DNA from: a candidate division CPR3 bacterium GWF2_35_18
Lineage (GTDB): Bacteria > Patescibacteriota > CPR3 > GWF2-35-18
DNA: 64,000 nucleotides
Assembly: GCA_001771135.1 (NCBI GenBank)
Contig: MESW01000005.1
Span: 17,467 to 81,466 of the forward strand
Direction: 5' to 3'
Each line of letters starts with the position of its first letter. Within the stretch, counting starts at the first letter, position 1. The notes beneath the pieces are model-generated. The model was not told the origin of the DNA, made no database searches, and saw only the letters and a list, made by a program, of their open reading frames with translations. Of this stretch, positions 1 to 8,979 are shown in pieces. A program made the translations under genes and the position numbers.

Positions 1-771
1 TTGTCCGACAAAAGGAAAAATCAAGGTATCAAAATTAATATTTTCCAAAGGTATCTGCAGCTCCTTAGTAATAAAATCAATCAAGCTATTACGATCTTTG
101 AAGTTACTCTTCATCAAAACATTGTTAATTAGAACTTGGAAATTATTGTTTTTTAGAAATTTAATACTTTTAATTGTTCTTGCAAAAGAACCTTTGATAC
201 CGGTAATTTCTTCGTGGACGTTTTCCTTATCACTGTATAAAGAAAACTGGAAAATCGGTTTCCATTTTTTGAACTTCAAAATCTCTTTTTGAATTATTTG
301 GTTCGTGGCTAGTAGATATCCATTGGTAAGGATTGAAACCGTAATATTCTGCTGACTTTTCTCAATCGTATGCAGTATTTCAAAAAAATGTGGACTTAAA
401 AAAACGTCACCGCCAGAAAAGGTAATATGCTCAATTCCCCAATCTAATAATCTTTGTAGAATAATCCGTGATTGTTCTAAGGAAATTGATTTTTCAAGAG
501 GATTTAAATTCTGATAACAGTGCTTACAATTAAGACTGCATTTTAGGGTTAAAATCCAGGTAACATTTTTCTTGGCGGAAAGAATCAAACCTTCTTCTTT
601 TAAATACTTTACAAATTCTTTTTCTTGATCATCCAAACTGGAAAATGTTTTTTCACCTTTTACTAATGATTGAAAAAATTTAAAACCTTCAGGGCTTATA
701 TCCCATTCCTGTCCGCTAAACGGATCATAAATAATATTATTCCTATACCATAAAGATGGGATATTAATCAT
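1..771 (-). CDS. Radical SAM enzyme with N-terminal RRE/PqqD-like extension (3' end runs off the window); not in the ORF track
   Basis: Manual translation from ATG at 771: MINIPSLWYRNNIIYDPFSGQEWDISPEGFKFFQSL...WILTLKCSLNCKHCYQ (CxxxCxxC), then TFSGGD, ILTNG, FSLY, HEEITGIKGSF; frame open to base 1. Confidence 0.9.
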   Translation of the reverse strand, partial: MINIPSLWYRNNIIYDPFSGQEWDISPEGFKFFQSLVKGEKTFSSLDDQEKEFVKYLKEEGLILSAKKNVTWILTLKCSLNCKHCYQNLNPLEKSISLEQSRIILQRLLDWGIEHITFSGGDVFLSPHFFEILHTIEKSQQNITVSILTNGYLLATNQIIQKEILKFKKWKPIFQFSLYSDKENVHEEITGIKGSFARTIKSIKFLKNNNFQVLINNVLMKSNFKDRNSLIDFITKELQIPLENINFDTLIFPFVGQ

Positions 772-795
772 ATAAGTTAAAATATATTAGATGAA

Positions 796-835
796 CTAAA
801 ATAATCAGCCATTTAATAAAAAAAGGCTGATTATT
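796..835 (-). terminator. Stem-loop/terminator between peptide gene and radical SAM gene
   Basis: 11-bp inverted repeat AATAATCAGCC (800-810) / GGCTGATTATT (825-835), T-rich 3' end on the minus strand. Confidence 0.6.
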
Positions 836-864
836 CATGTAAAAAAGAAACTTACGTATAAAAA

Positions 865-972
865 TTAGTTATTAAAAACAGCTTTATTTGAGCTATTTGA
901 GCAAAGACTCATTTTAGCAATAGAAACTTTTTTTCGTGCTTTAATAGTAAGTTTTCTACTTTGTTTATTCAT
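865..972 (-). CDS. 35-aa peptide, putative RiPP precursor (MNKQSRKLTIKARKKVSIAKMSLCSNSSNKAVFNN)
   Basis: ATG at 972 preceded by GGAGG RBS (977-981); TAA at 865-867; directly upstream of the radical SAM gene. Confidence 0.7.
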   Translation of the reverse strand: MNKQSRKLTIKARKKVSIAKMSLCSNSSNKAVFNN

Positions 973-1000
973 TTTGCCTCCATATATTAATATTTTATAT

Positions 1001-2062
1001 TTATTTTGTTGTTATCTCTCCACACCAATCGGTTTGTATCATTTTTTCAATCTTTTGTCTATTTTTTTCTTCACCTAAAACAACCATTAATTTCGTTAAG
1101 GCAGCTGTTGAGGTCATATCAATTGCTGAAATAATACCTAAATCTCCGCCGACTTTTCCCCCATAATAAATAGAAAAATCTATTGAACCACTAAAAGAAG
1201 CTCGAGCAGCTACAATAATCATCCCTTTATCAGTAGCCTTTTTTAATACGTCCACGATATGAGGAGGAAACTCTCCCATAAAATAAGGAACTATTAATAA
1301 GCCACGATAATGATTTTCTACTAGCACTTCAAATAACTTTGGATCAATTTGAGGATATAACTTTAAATAACCAACTTTTTTCTCAATGTTCTTCATTACT
1401 CTCAATTTTTTATCCAAATCTCTTTTAAAACGATGTGGAGAAAGATCTAATCCGAATTGAACTTCACCAAGCGCTTCGAACTCTCCTGAACCAAATATAT
1501 CACTTCCAAAGAGATCAACTACAGAGGTTCTATTTGCTCTAAGCAATTTTTTCCCAAAAAGGATACAGACTTCACTTAGATCCATAGTGGCAGCCTGAAC
1601 CGCGTTGATTAAATTACTTCTTGCCTCAATACTTCCCATCGTATTCTTATAAATATCTTTATGAGTATTGAAGATTACATTCGCTTCTTTTTCATTTGGA
1701 GGAAATCTTGAACCAGTAAAAATAACCGGCTTTCCTAAATTCCTTAGAAGAAATGAGACTGCAGATGCAGTATAAACTATCGTATCTAAACCATGTGTAA
1801 TAACAAAGCCATCACAATCTTTATAGTTTTCGTAGATTGATTCTGCGATCTGCAACCAATGTTTTGAACTAATTTCATAACCGGAAACATTAAATAAGTT
1901 AATTGGATGAATTTCTGCAATCAAGTTAATTTCTGGAATTTCCAACATCCATTCATTAAAATCACAAGAACTTAACATTTTTAAAGTTTTAGGATCTCTT
2001 CTAGCAGCTATTCCTCCTCCTGTTAGAATTAATCCAATTTTCGGTCTTTTATTCATAGACAT
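1001..2062 (-). CDS. Type I L-asparaginase/GatD-fold protein with substituted catalytic residues
   Basis: TGGGIA, GFVITHGLDT, KPVIFTGS and DMTSTAALTKL follow the AnsA layout. Confidence 0.85.
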   Translation of the reverse strand: MSMNKRPKIGLILTGGGIAARRDPKTLKMLSSCDFNEWMLEIPEINLIAEIHPINLFNVSGYEISSKHWLQIAESIYENYKDCDGFVITHGLDTIVYTASAVSFLLRNLGKPVIFTGSRFPPNEKEANVIFNTHKDIYKNTMGSIEARSNLINAVQAATMDLSEVCILFGKKLLRANRTSVVDLFGSDIFGSGEFEALGEVQFGLDLSPHRFKRDLDKKLRVMKNIEKKVGYLKLYPQIDPKLFEVLVENHYRGLLIVPYFMGEFPPHIVDVLKKATDKGMIIVAARASFSGSIDFSIYYGGKVGGDLGIISAIDMTSTAALTKLMVVLGEEKNRQKIEKMIQTDWCGEITTK

Positions 2063-2094
2063 GTGAATATTTTATCATAAAATAGAACTAATCT

Positions 2095-2490
2095 CTATTT
2101 ATCAACATTCTCGGCTTGCTTTTGATACAAAACTACTGCCTCTTCTAGAACCGTAATCATAAAACCATCGTTATTTTTTTTTAATATTTCAAATTCTTTC
2201 TCTGTATAAAATAGTGGGTTAATAATTAAAACCGATTTATTAAGTTTAAGAATGCTTTTAATCCGTTCGATAAATCGTAATTTTGTTTCTCCGATTACTA
2301 AAATATCCATAGCTGCATGTTTACGAGACCTTCCTCGAGCATAAGAACCGAATAAATAAATTCTTTCTGGATCAAATTCTTTGACAATCTTTGATACGAG
2401 GCTTTTCAATTTCATCCGGATATTTTTGTTTTTAATTAGTAGATCAAGGTCTGAATTCTCTGTAAGATCAACCTCGCTTCGCGTAGGCAT
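2095..2490 (-). CDS. Minimal nucleotidyltransferase (MNT) antitoxin-like protein; true start possibly ATG at 2415
   Basis: ERIYLFGSYARG...MDILVI motif; adjacent to HEPN gene. Confidence 0.8.
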   Translation of the reverse strand: MPTRSEVDLTENSDLDLLIKNKNIRMKLKSLVSKIVKEFDPERIYLFGSYARGRSRKHAAMDILVIGETKLRFIERIKSILKLNKSVLIINPLFYTEKEFEILKKNNDGFMITVLEEAVVLYQKQAENVDK

Positions 2491-2834
2491 TCTTGCGCCT
2501 CCTTGTCATTAATAAATTCATGTGGAGTCATAATTTCCTGAGGGATTGCTAAAGGATAACGTGAAATAAAAGTAATCGCTTCTAAATTGTCATGCTCAAG
2601 ATACACCTTTCTAAATTCTGGATTTGCCTTTTGGCACATTTTATACAAAATAGAAACACGATGAACTCGAGGAATTTTGTTACCGCAAAAAACGAGATAT
2701 GCTTTTAAAGATTTTTCGGCTGTTTGTTGTGCCTGAAAACAAGCCCACTCATAATAACCGTTGCTAAACGATAGATTAGCGGCTTGAAAATCAAAATCAG
2801 CTTGTTTGAGCCAGATAAGCTGTGTCTCAATCAT
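2436..2834 (-). CDS. HEPN domain protein (HEPN-MNT toxin-antitoxin type)
   Basis: WLKQADFD...YEWACFQAQQTAEKSLKAYL...PRVH...SRYP. Confidence 0.9.
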   Translation of the reverse strand: MIETQLIWLKQADFDFQAANLSFSNGYYEWACFQAQQTAEKSLKAYLVFCGNKIPRVHRVSILYKMCQKANPEFRKVYLEHDNLEAITFISRYPLAIPQEIMTPHEFINDKEAQECLREARLILQRIQTLIY

Positions 2835-2836
2835 AG

Positions 2837-3415
2837 TTAACGAAGAGAAAACTTCTCTCGATCTCCAAAAAGCACAATAATATCCTGTTTGAGAAATTTA
2901 GTTAAAAAAGGGGCTTTAGTTTGCTTCATGCTATTAAATTCTTCTTCGGAAAGCAGGGTGTAGTTGATCTCTTTTTTAACCTTTGTCTCATATTTTGAAA
3001 TTATCTCAGAAAGTAATTTTAAAGGAAGACTTCCAATAATTAATAAATCTACTTCTGAATGAGCTCTTTCTCGATTAGAATACCATTCACTAGCAACACC
3101 GATATATTTTACCTTTGATAAATCAACACTCTTTTTACTAAATTCTTCTCCGATTCCAAATTCTTTGATAAGCATTCGAAACATTTCTGGATAGAAAATA
3201 AAATTCTTCTTCAAAAAGTAGTAAACTCTGTTGCCTCTTTTTTCACGTCCCAGAAGCTTAACTTTGTAAAGTCGCGAAAGCTCTCGACGGACTGCATTGA
3301 TCTCTTCGCTAATCTGACGAGTAATATCACGCACATGATACCTCTCAACATTCGACAAGAAAAAAAGTTTTAAAATTTTGACTCGAACTTTGGAGGTAAA
3401 AAAAGTTTCTAACAT
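2837..3415 (-). CDS. Winged-HTH regulator fused to a degenerate nucleotidyltransferase-like domain
   Basis: SKVRVKIL...HVRDITRQISEEINAVRRELSRL...GNRVYY; C-terminal SEVDLLIIG and EINYT; AAGGAGG RBS. Confidence 0.8.
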   Translation of the reverse strand: MLETFFTSKVRVKILKLFFLSNVERYHVRDITRQISEEINAVRRELSRLYKVKLLGREKRGNRVYYFLKKNFIFYPEMFRMLIKEFGIGEEFSKKSVDLSKVKYIGVASEWYSNRERAHSEVDLLIIGSLPLKLLSEIISKYETKVKKEINYTLLSEEEFNSMKQTKAPFLTKFLKQDIIVLFGDREKFSLR

Positions 3416-3547
3416 AGACCCTCCTTTAAATTAAATTTAGAGTGAACTTGTACAGAATGTTTTTTTATATTTAATTTCTAAGTTCACTTGATAAAGATTC
3501 TCAATTAGAGAACCTAACATTCTGTTTTAAATCGTTATATATATAAA

Positions 3548-4897
3548 TTAATACACAATCTCCGAACCAATCGGTAAAACGGAAATCCAAGTACGTCCTC
3601 GGTTAAATTCTATCTCTGTACCAGACTCATCGTAATAAATAGTTCGCGATACTCTCTCTGACTTTTTCCATTTTACTTTAATTACCTCTCCATCTCTAAA
3701 AATATAAGCATCTCCTTCTCCAATCAAATCGTAAATAAGACGTGATTTTGAATCCGTGTCTACGGTAAAACTAGCAGGATTAAGTTGCAAAATAATATTC
3801 TTGGCTGATATCTGATCACCAGTCTCGGCATCTGTATGTTTGACTGTATTCTGTTCTCTAAAATAGAGATTTTGCTCGGCGTCAAAAGTCCATTTAACAC
3901 TATAATCTGTTACTCCCCAAGTCTGCCAATTAAATGAAATCTCATCTATCTCTCCCAAAGTTGCCTGCTCTGAATCTTCTTTAAACTGCCATCTTGTAAG
4001 ATCTACAATTCCTGTCCAACCTTTGTCTTCTGCTTTTTGCCAAAGATCTTTCACCGAAGCATAAGCATTATGAGGAGCAACTTTAGTAGAAACTCTCCAA
4101 AAATTATTAGGAACAAAAAGTCCTAGAGATTTAATGTTATAATTGTAAATATAACCTAAAGCATCGGTATCAGGGTTATCTGTATCTGCATAACCGATAT
4201 GCATCACAAGTCCATCTCGAAGCTCGGCGATAAAATCAAGAAAATATTTTCGCAGTGAACGCACTGGACCCACTTTATCCGGAGCATTCTCAAGATAAAT
4301 CGCTTCAAAACGCGAAATTCCTCCTTCAGCTAAAGCTTCCCAAACAAGATCCGCATCATTAAGTCCAGATTGGGGACGGGCATCAACGTGATTCTCAATA
4401 ATCACTCCCATTGGTCTTCTTTCTACAATTTCATCATACTTTGTTTTGGTAATCAGAGTTCCGGTTAATGGGGATTCATGATCTTTTGATTCGTTTTTAT
4501 CTGTCGCGCTTTTAGTTGCTTCTGACTGATTTACAACCGGATTATCATTTTCCCACTTCCCCAGACCTAGAGCCTTAAATAAAAAGATACTTCCAAAGAT
4601 AAATATCCCCAAAAGAACCACCAATAAAACAGAATAAATAATCTTCTGAGTTTTATTTAAAGAACGAAACCATGTAACAATTTTTGATGGCTTCTTTCTA
4701 GTATCCGAAATTCCTGTCTCTTCTTTAATTTCTTTTCCTTCCACATCAAGTTTGATAATCTTTTCTTCACCTGTTTTTTTTGATGTTGATAAGTCTTTAT
4801 TCAATTCTGGAGAGATGGATTCAGTATCAATAACCTCTTTTTTTATTTCAGAAGTTTTTTCAGCTTTTAAATCACCTTTTTTATTTTTTTGGGGCAT
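3548..4897 (-). CDS. DUF3048 (YerB-like) membrane-anchored protein
   Basis: One TM helix, then SPLTG, IENHVDARPQSGL, EGGISRF, GPVRSLR, APHNAY. Confidence 0.9.
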   Translation of the reverse strand: MPQKNKKGDLKAEKTSEIKKEVIDTESISPELNKDLSTSKKTGEEKIIKLDVEGKEIKEETGISDTRKKPSKIVTWFRSLNKTQKIIYSVLLVVLLGIFIFGSIFLFKALGLGKWENDNPVVNQSEATKSATDKNESKDHESPLTGTLITKTKYDEIVERRPMGVIIENHVDARPQSGLNDADLVWEALAEGGISRFEAIYLENAPDKVGPVRSLRKYFLDFIAELRDGLVMHIGYADTDNPDTDALGYIYNYNIKSLGLFVPNNFWRVSTKVAPHNAYASVKDLWQKAEDKGWTGIVDLTRWQFKEDSEQATLGEIDEISFNWQTWGVTDYSVKWTFDAEQNLYFREQNTVKHTDAETGDQISAKNIILQLNPASFTVDTDSKSRLIYDLIGEGDAYIFRDGEVIKVKWKKSERVSRTIYYDESGTEIEFNRGRTWISVLPIGSEIVY

Positions 4898-4917
4898 ACT
4901 GTAATCCTCCTAAAAAA

Positions 4918-5373
4918 TTATTTCTTTGAAATTTTTGCTTGGGATAGCACTTCCTGCTCTTCCTTTGATAATTTATGATTTACAATTTCTCCCTTCCGAA
5001 TCAGCTTTGCATACACGCGAGTATTTTCACGCCCATGCAAAGAACTTATGACAACTCCATTATCTCCTTCATCTAGAAGTGCCCAAACAAAACTTTGATC
5101 TCCACCAGTATCTCCAAAAGGGTTAAATCTTAAAAAGGCTGTCTTTTGAAAAAAAGATGCCTTTTCTTTTTTCAGGTAATCTGTTTCATGCTCTAACTTT
5201 GAAACTTTATTATTCAAACTTTCCGATTGAACAAAAAACTTCTGCAAAGCCTCTTGCAAAGTTTTTCCAGAACTTCCCTTAAAAATTTTTTTAGATGAAA
5301 GGTAAATATATAGGATAAAAAGCGTTAGAAATATATTCCAAAAGAAAATTATGATCAAAAAAGTATTATTCAT
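4918..5373 (-). CDS. DUF4446 family protein
   Basis: N-terminal TM; RFNPFGDTGGDQSF, SSLHGRENTRVYAK, LSKEE. Confidence 0.9.
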   Translation of the reverse strand: MNNTFLIIIFFWNIFLTLFILYIYLSSKKIFKGSSGKTLQEALQKFFVQSESLNNKVSKLEHETDYLKKEKASFFQKTAFLRFNPFGDTGGDQSFVWALLDEGDNGVVISSLHGRENTRVYAKLIRKGEIVNHKLSKEEQEVLSQAKISKK

Positions 5374-5772
5374 CAAAGATATTGTAGCAAAAAATCTTAA
5401 TTTGAGGAAATTTTGTCTACATTATACAGTAAGACTATTTCAGATTGCAAAAATTATTATTATTACATTTGTCTTAAGCGGACAGAACGATCTAAACTTC
5501 TTTCAAAAAAATGAATAAAAATATATATTAATCTCAAATTAAATAGACATTTATTAGATATAAACAAATAATTCTCATGTAACTATAGGTTCCTAAGAAC
5601 ATAAAATCCAAATCTATTTAATTTTAGGCTTTTGAAGAGTCTCCATTTCTCATAACTGTGTCATGTCAAGTATAACCTAAAGACTTTTATTTATGTATCC
5701 TCTACCCTTTATTTAGGAATATTTTGACGTCATAATTTACAATTTTGAAGAATTCTGTTATATAATATACCC

Positions 5773-6081
5773 ATGAGTAAAAAGAAAAGGAAAAATATTG
5801 ATAGTGTTGCTCTAAGACGTGAAATTGAAGCTCTAAAAGCTCAACTTAAAGAGCATGGAGTCGAACCAACTCCTATAAAAAGTGAAGCGAAAGAAACTTC
5901 CAGCTTTGATTATCGAAAAATCAGTAAAACTTCTACCCGAGCTCAAATTCGCGAACAACCAATTGATCTTCAAAAACTTGGCAAAGCAAGTTACCTTAAA
6001 AAGGATATTCTCAGAACTACGTTAATCTCTGTTTTTATTATCTCCAGCGTGATCATAATAAAAATTCTCAAACTTTTCTAA
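5773..6081 (+). CDS. Hypothetical protein with C-terminal membrane anchor
   Basis: ORF; TATAAT ends 6 nt before ATG; YLKKDILRT followed by a hydrophobic tail. Confidence 0.7.
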   Translation: MSKKKRKNIDSVALRREIEALKAQLKEHGVEPTPIKSEAKETSSFDYRKISKTSTRAQIREQPIDLQKLGKASYLKKDILRTTLISVFIISSVIIIKILKLF

Positions 6082-7613
6082 AACTCTATCTTCGGTCGAT
6101 ACTGAAGCGCTTCGGCTACATGACTCAGCTGAATCTCTTCTGACTCGCTTAAATCTGTAATTGTTCGAGCTACTTTGAGGGTTCGATAGTAGCTACGCGC
6201 GGAAAGACGCAACTGGGAAACAGCCTGACGCATCAAATTCAGAACATCATTTGATAATTGGCAAAACTTTTCAATTTCTTTAATTCGCATTTCTGCATTA
6301 GAAAATATCCCAGAATCGGAAAATCTTTTAACCTGTTTATCCCGTGCATTTTGTACTCTTTTTGCTACCGTCTTCGAATCTTCCACTTTTATTCCTTCTT
6401 CAGTATTAGTTAATTTTTCCACCTTGACTGCCGGAACTTCTAGAATCAGATCAATTCTGTCCAGAATTGGACCGGAGATCTTTTTTTGATAACGAGAAAT
6501 AGCTGTAGGTAAACAGGTACATTCCCGAGTTTCATCTCCCAAAAATCCACAAGGGCAAGGATTACTAGCTGCAATCAGCATAAATTTGGCTGGAAAAGCA
6601 ACCGTTCCTTTGGCGCGTGAGACTTGAATAATTCCATCTTCAAGAGGCTGACGCATAGCTTCAAGCACCTGACGCGGAAACTCCGGAAATTCATCCAAAA
6701 ATAACACTCCACGATGAGCTAAAGAAATCTCTCCTGGTTTTGGATTGACACCACCACCCACAAGACCTACATGACTAGTTGTGTGATGTGGAGCACGAAA
6801 AGGTCGTATTTTTACAATTGCCTGCTTTTGTGACAACAAGCCCGAGACTGAATAAACTTTGGTCACTTCTAAAGCCTCTTCAAGAGTCAATCTGGGTAAT
6901 ATCGTCGGAATGGTTCGCGCCAGTAAAGTTTTACCAGCACCAGGAGGTCCAGAAAAAAAGATGTTGTGGCCACCAGCTGCCGCAATCTCAATCGCTCTCT
7001 TTGCCTGTTCCTGCCCTCTAATACGAGACAAATCATAATCACTCATAACGTCATTACTAAAAAGATTTTCTAAATTACCCTGTTGATATGACGGAATTAA
7101 CTTATCTCCTAACAAATGATAATAAAGATCAAGAAGGCAATTAACCGGCACAATTTCAATCCCCGGAATTATCGCCGCCTCAGGACCGTTAACCGCTGGA
7201 ACAAACACTTTTTTAAAACCATGATTTTTAGCAAGCTGCACTTGGGGTAAAACCCCATTGGTGTGACGTAATGATCCATCTAATGATAATTCTCCCAGGA
7301 AAAAAGAATCGGAAAAATCTCCTTTTAATTGCTCTGAAGCAATAAGAAGTCCCACGGCAATTGGAAGATCATAAGCTGGACCTTCCTTCGGCAGATCGGC
7401 AGGAGCAAGATTTACCGTAATTCGAGAAACAGGCATCTTCGCTCCAGAATTTTTAATCGCCGAACGCACCCGTTCTTTTGATTCTTCAACGGCTTTATCA
7501 GGCAGTCCGACAATATTAAATTTTGGAAGGTTTCCGCGAGAAACGTCGACTTCAACATCTACAGAAATGGATTCTAAACCGAAAGTCGCTCCGGAAGAGA
7601 TTTTTGATAACAT
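6078..7613 (-). CDS. comM: ComM/YifB Mg-chelatase-like AAA+ ATPase
   Basis: NLAPADLPKEG, GPPGAGKT, PFRAPHHT, GEISLAHRGVLFLDEFPEF, NPCPCG, SARSY. Confidence 0.95.
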   Translation of the reverse strand: MLSKISSGATFGLESISVDVEVDVSRGNLPKFNIVGLPDKAVEESKERVRSAIKNSGAKMPVSRITVNLAPADLPKEGPAYDLPIAVGLLIASEQLKGDFSDSFFLGELSLDGSLRHTNGVLPQVQLAKNHGFKKVFVPAVNGPEAAIIPGIEIVPVNCLLDLYYHLLGDKLIPSYQQGNLENLFSNDVMSDYDLSRIRGQEQAKRAIEIAAAGGHNIFFSGPPGAGKTLLARTIPTILPRLTLEEALEVTKVYSVSGLLSQKQAIVKIRPFRAPHHTTSHVGLVGGGVNPKPGEISLAHRGVLFLDEFPEFPRQVLEAMRQPLEDGIIQVSRAKGTVAFPAKFMLIAASNPCPCGFLGDETRECTCLPTAISRYQKKISGPILDRIDLILEVPAVKVEKLTNTEEGIKVEDSKTVAKRVQNARDKQVKRFSDSGIFSNAEMRIKEIEKFCQLSNDVLNLMRQAVSQLRLSARSYYRTLKVARTITDLSESEEIQLSHVAEALQYRPKIEF

Positions 7614-7702
7614 GGTACAACGAGGTTAAATTACAAAACCTATTATACCTAAAATATGTTCGATTGAAAAGGATTCAAGAAATAAAAATGAATTTCTAAT
7701 GA

Positions 7703-8149
7703 TTAGCTTTTGTGTTCACGATGAGCATGTGCTCCAGTTTCGGTTGGATTAACCTCTTGTGGTTTAGCACTTCTGTCAAAGATGGTTCCGGCGGCGGAAA
7801 TCACCGCTTCTTGTTTTTCAGATTCTACGGAAACACCAAATGGAGAAGATTGCGTAACCACAACTTTTTCCTGCATTCCAGATACAGTAGTTGTTTCAAC
7901 AACTTGACTTGAAGCTTCAGAAACGGTCACACCCCATTCGCCTTCAGAATTAAGTTCTGTGGTGTAGCTTTCTACCTGTCTACCTCCAGATTCAGCTTCT
8001 GCCATTAATTGATCAATTTCCATTTGAAAAGAAGTTCTTTGATCTCCAGCCAAAGATTCTGGATTCCAAGGACTACCATCTGTAACTCCAAGATAAGTTT
8101 CTCCTTGTCCTGGTACTCCTGATTTTTCAAAATTTCCTCTTTGAGTCAT
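7703..8149 (-). CDS. Hypothetical acidic protein
   Basis: ORF with GGAGG RBS; no recognised motif. Confidence 0.65.
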   Translation of the reverse strand: MTQRGNFEKSGVPGQGETYLGVTDGSPWNPESLAGDQRTSFQMEIDQLMAEAESGGRQVESYTTELNSEGEWGVTVSEASSQVVETTTVSGMQEKVVVTQSSPFGVSVESEKQEAVISAAGTIFDRSAKPQEVNPTETGAHAHREHKS

Positions 8150-8162
8150 ATATATAGCCTCC

Positions 8163-8456
8163 CTATGCTTTTATTCTCTCATCATTGGTGACGATTCCGC
8201 CACCCCAACTCATAAATTTACGTAGTTTATCATCTCTTAATTGTCCTGATCTTTCAAAACGCGCCTCATATTCCTTTTTGGCTGGAGTATATTCAGAAAC
8301 AAAACGGTATCTTTTCCAACAGGTTTGACACTCTCTTTTATTTGCAAAACCATATGCAAAACAACTGTCATCCTCAATTTGTTTGAAGTGACAGCTGGTT
8401 TTTATTTTGAAACTTATCTCTATTGATTTATTTTTCTCTTCTTTCTCTTTCATCAC
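8163..8456 (-). CDS. Small hypothetical protein with four Cys (CxxC included)
   Basis: ORF with AAGGAG RBS; SCH...SCF...ECQTC. Confidence 0.55.
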   Translation of the reverse strand: MMKEKEEKNKSIEISFKIKTSCHFKQIEDDSCFAYGFANKRECQTCWKRYRFVSEYTPAKKEYEARFERSGQLRDDKLRKFMSWGGGIVTNDERIKA

Positions 8457-8716
8457 AGGGACTCCTTTTTTAACCCTGACCTCATCTTAATTCCTTATTA
8501 AGTCTACTAGTTTCCTATCTATCAACCTAAATCAACTTAACGGCGCAGTATAACATATTAAAGCACATGATGCAACATTGAATTATTATCCTATAGTTGA
8601 ATAATATTTATACTGATTTAACTTCACACTATACTTATTATTAACCGAAACACCAACACAGAAAATCCTTTACTATCTTTCATAATAAATTCGTTTGGAG
8701 TATAATATATCTCTCT

Positions 8717-8979
8717 TTGGGAAAAAGGATGATTGCTCTATCGCAAGGTAGAGAGGAAAGTCCAGACAGCATAAAGCACGGTACCTTGTGTAAACAAGGA
8801 CGGGTAACCGCTAGTCTAGAGCAACAGAAACGAGTCCCGCCTATGGCGAGGAATGAAACGGGCAATCCTTACCGGCTGCAACTTATAGTAGTTATTTGCT
8901 ACCGCTTGTAGTAACTACAAAAACAAGGCATTAGACAGATGATCATCACAAAACAGAATCTGGCTTACTCTTTTCCCAA
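8717..8979 (+). ncRNA. rnpB: RNase P RNA (compact, about 260 nt)
   Basis: GAGGAAAGTCCAG and ACAGAATCTGGCTTA (P4), CAACAGAAAC, TGAAACGGGCAATC, AGACAGATGATC; terminal helix TTGGGAAAA/TTTTCCCAA; TATAAT at 8701. Confidence 0.93.

Noticed and set aside
98-292. 64-aa plus-strand ORF
   Set aside because: Antisense shadow of the radical SAM gene
5390-5760. AT-rich intergenic region as a possible replication origin or ncRNA
   Set aside because: No clear DnaA-box cluster or stable structure; explained by divergent promoters
8680-8911. Two short ORFs (8680-8865 minus, 8717-8911 plus)
   Set aside because: Both overlap the RNase P RNA gene
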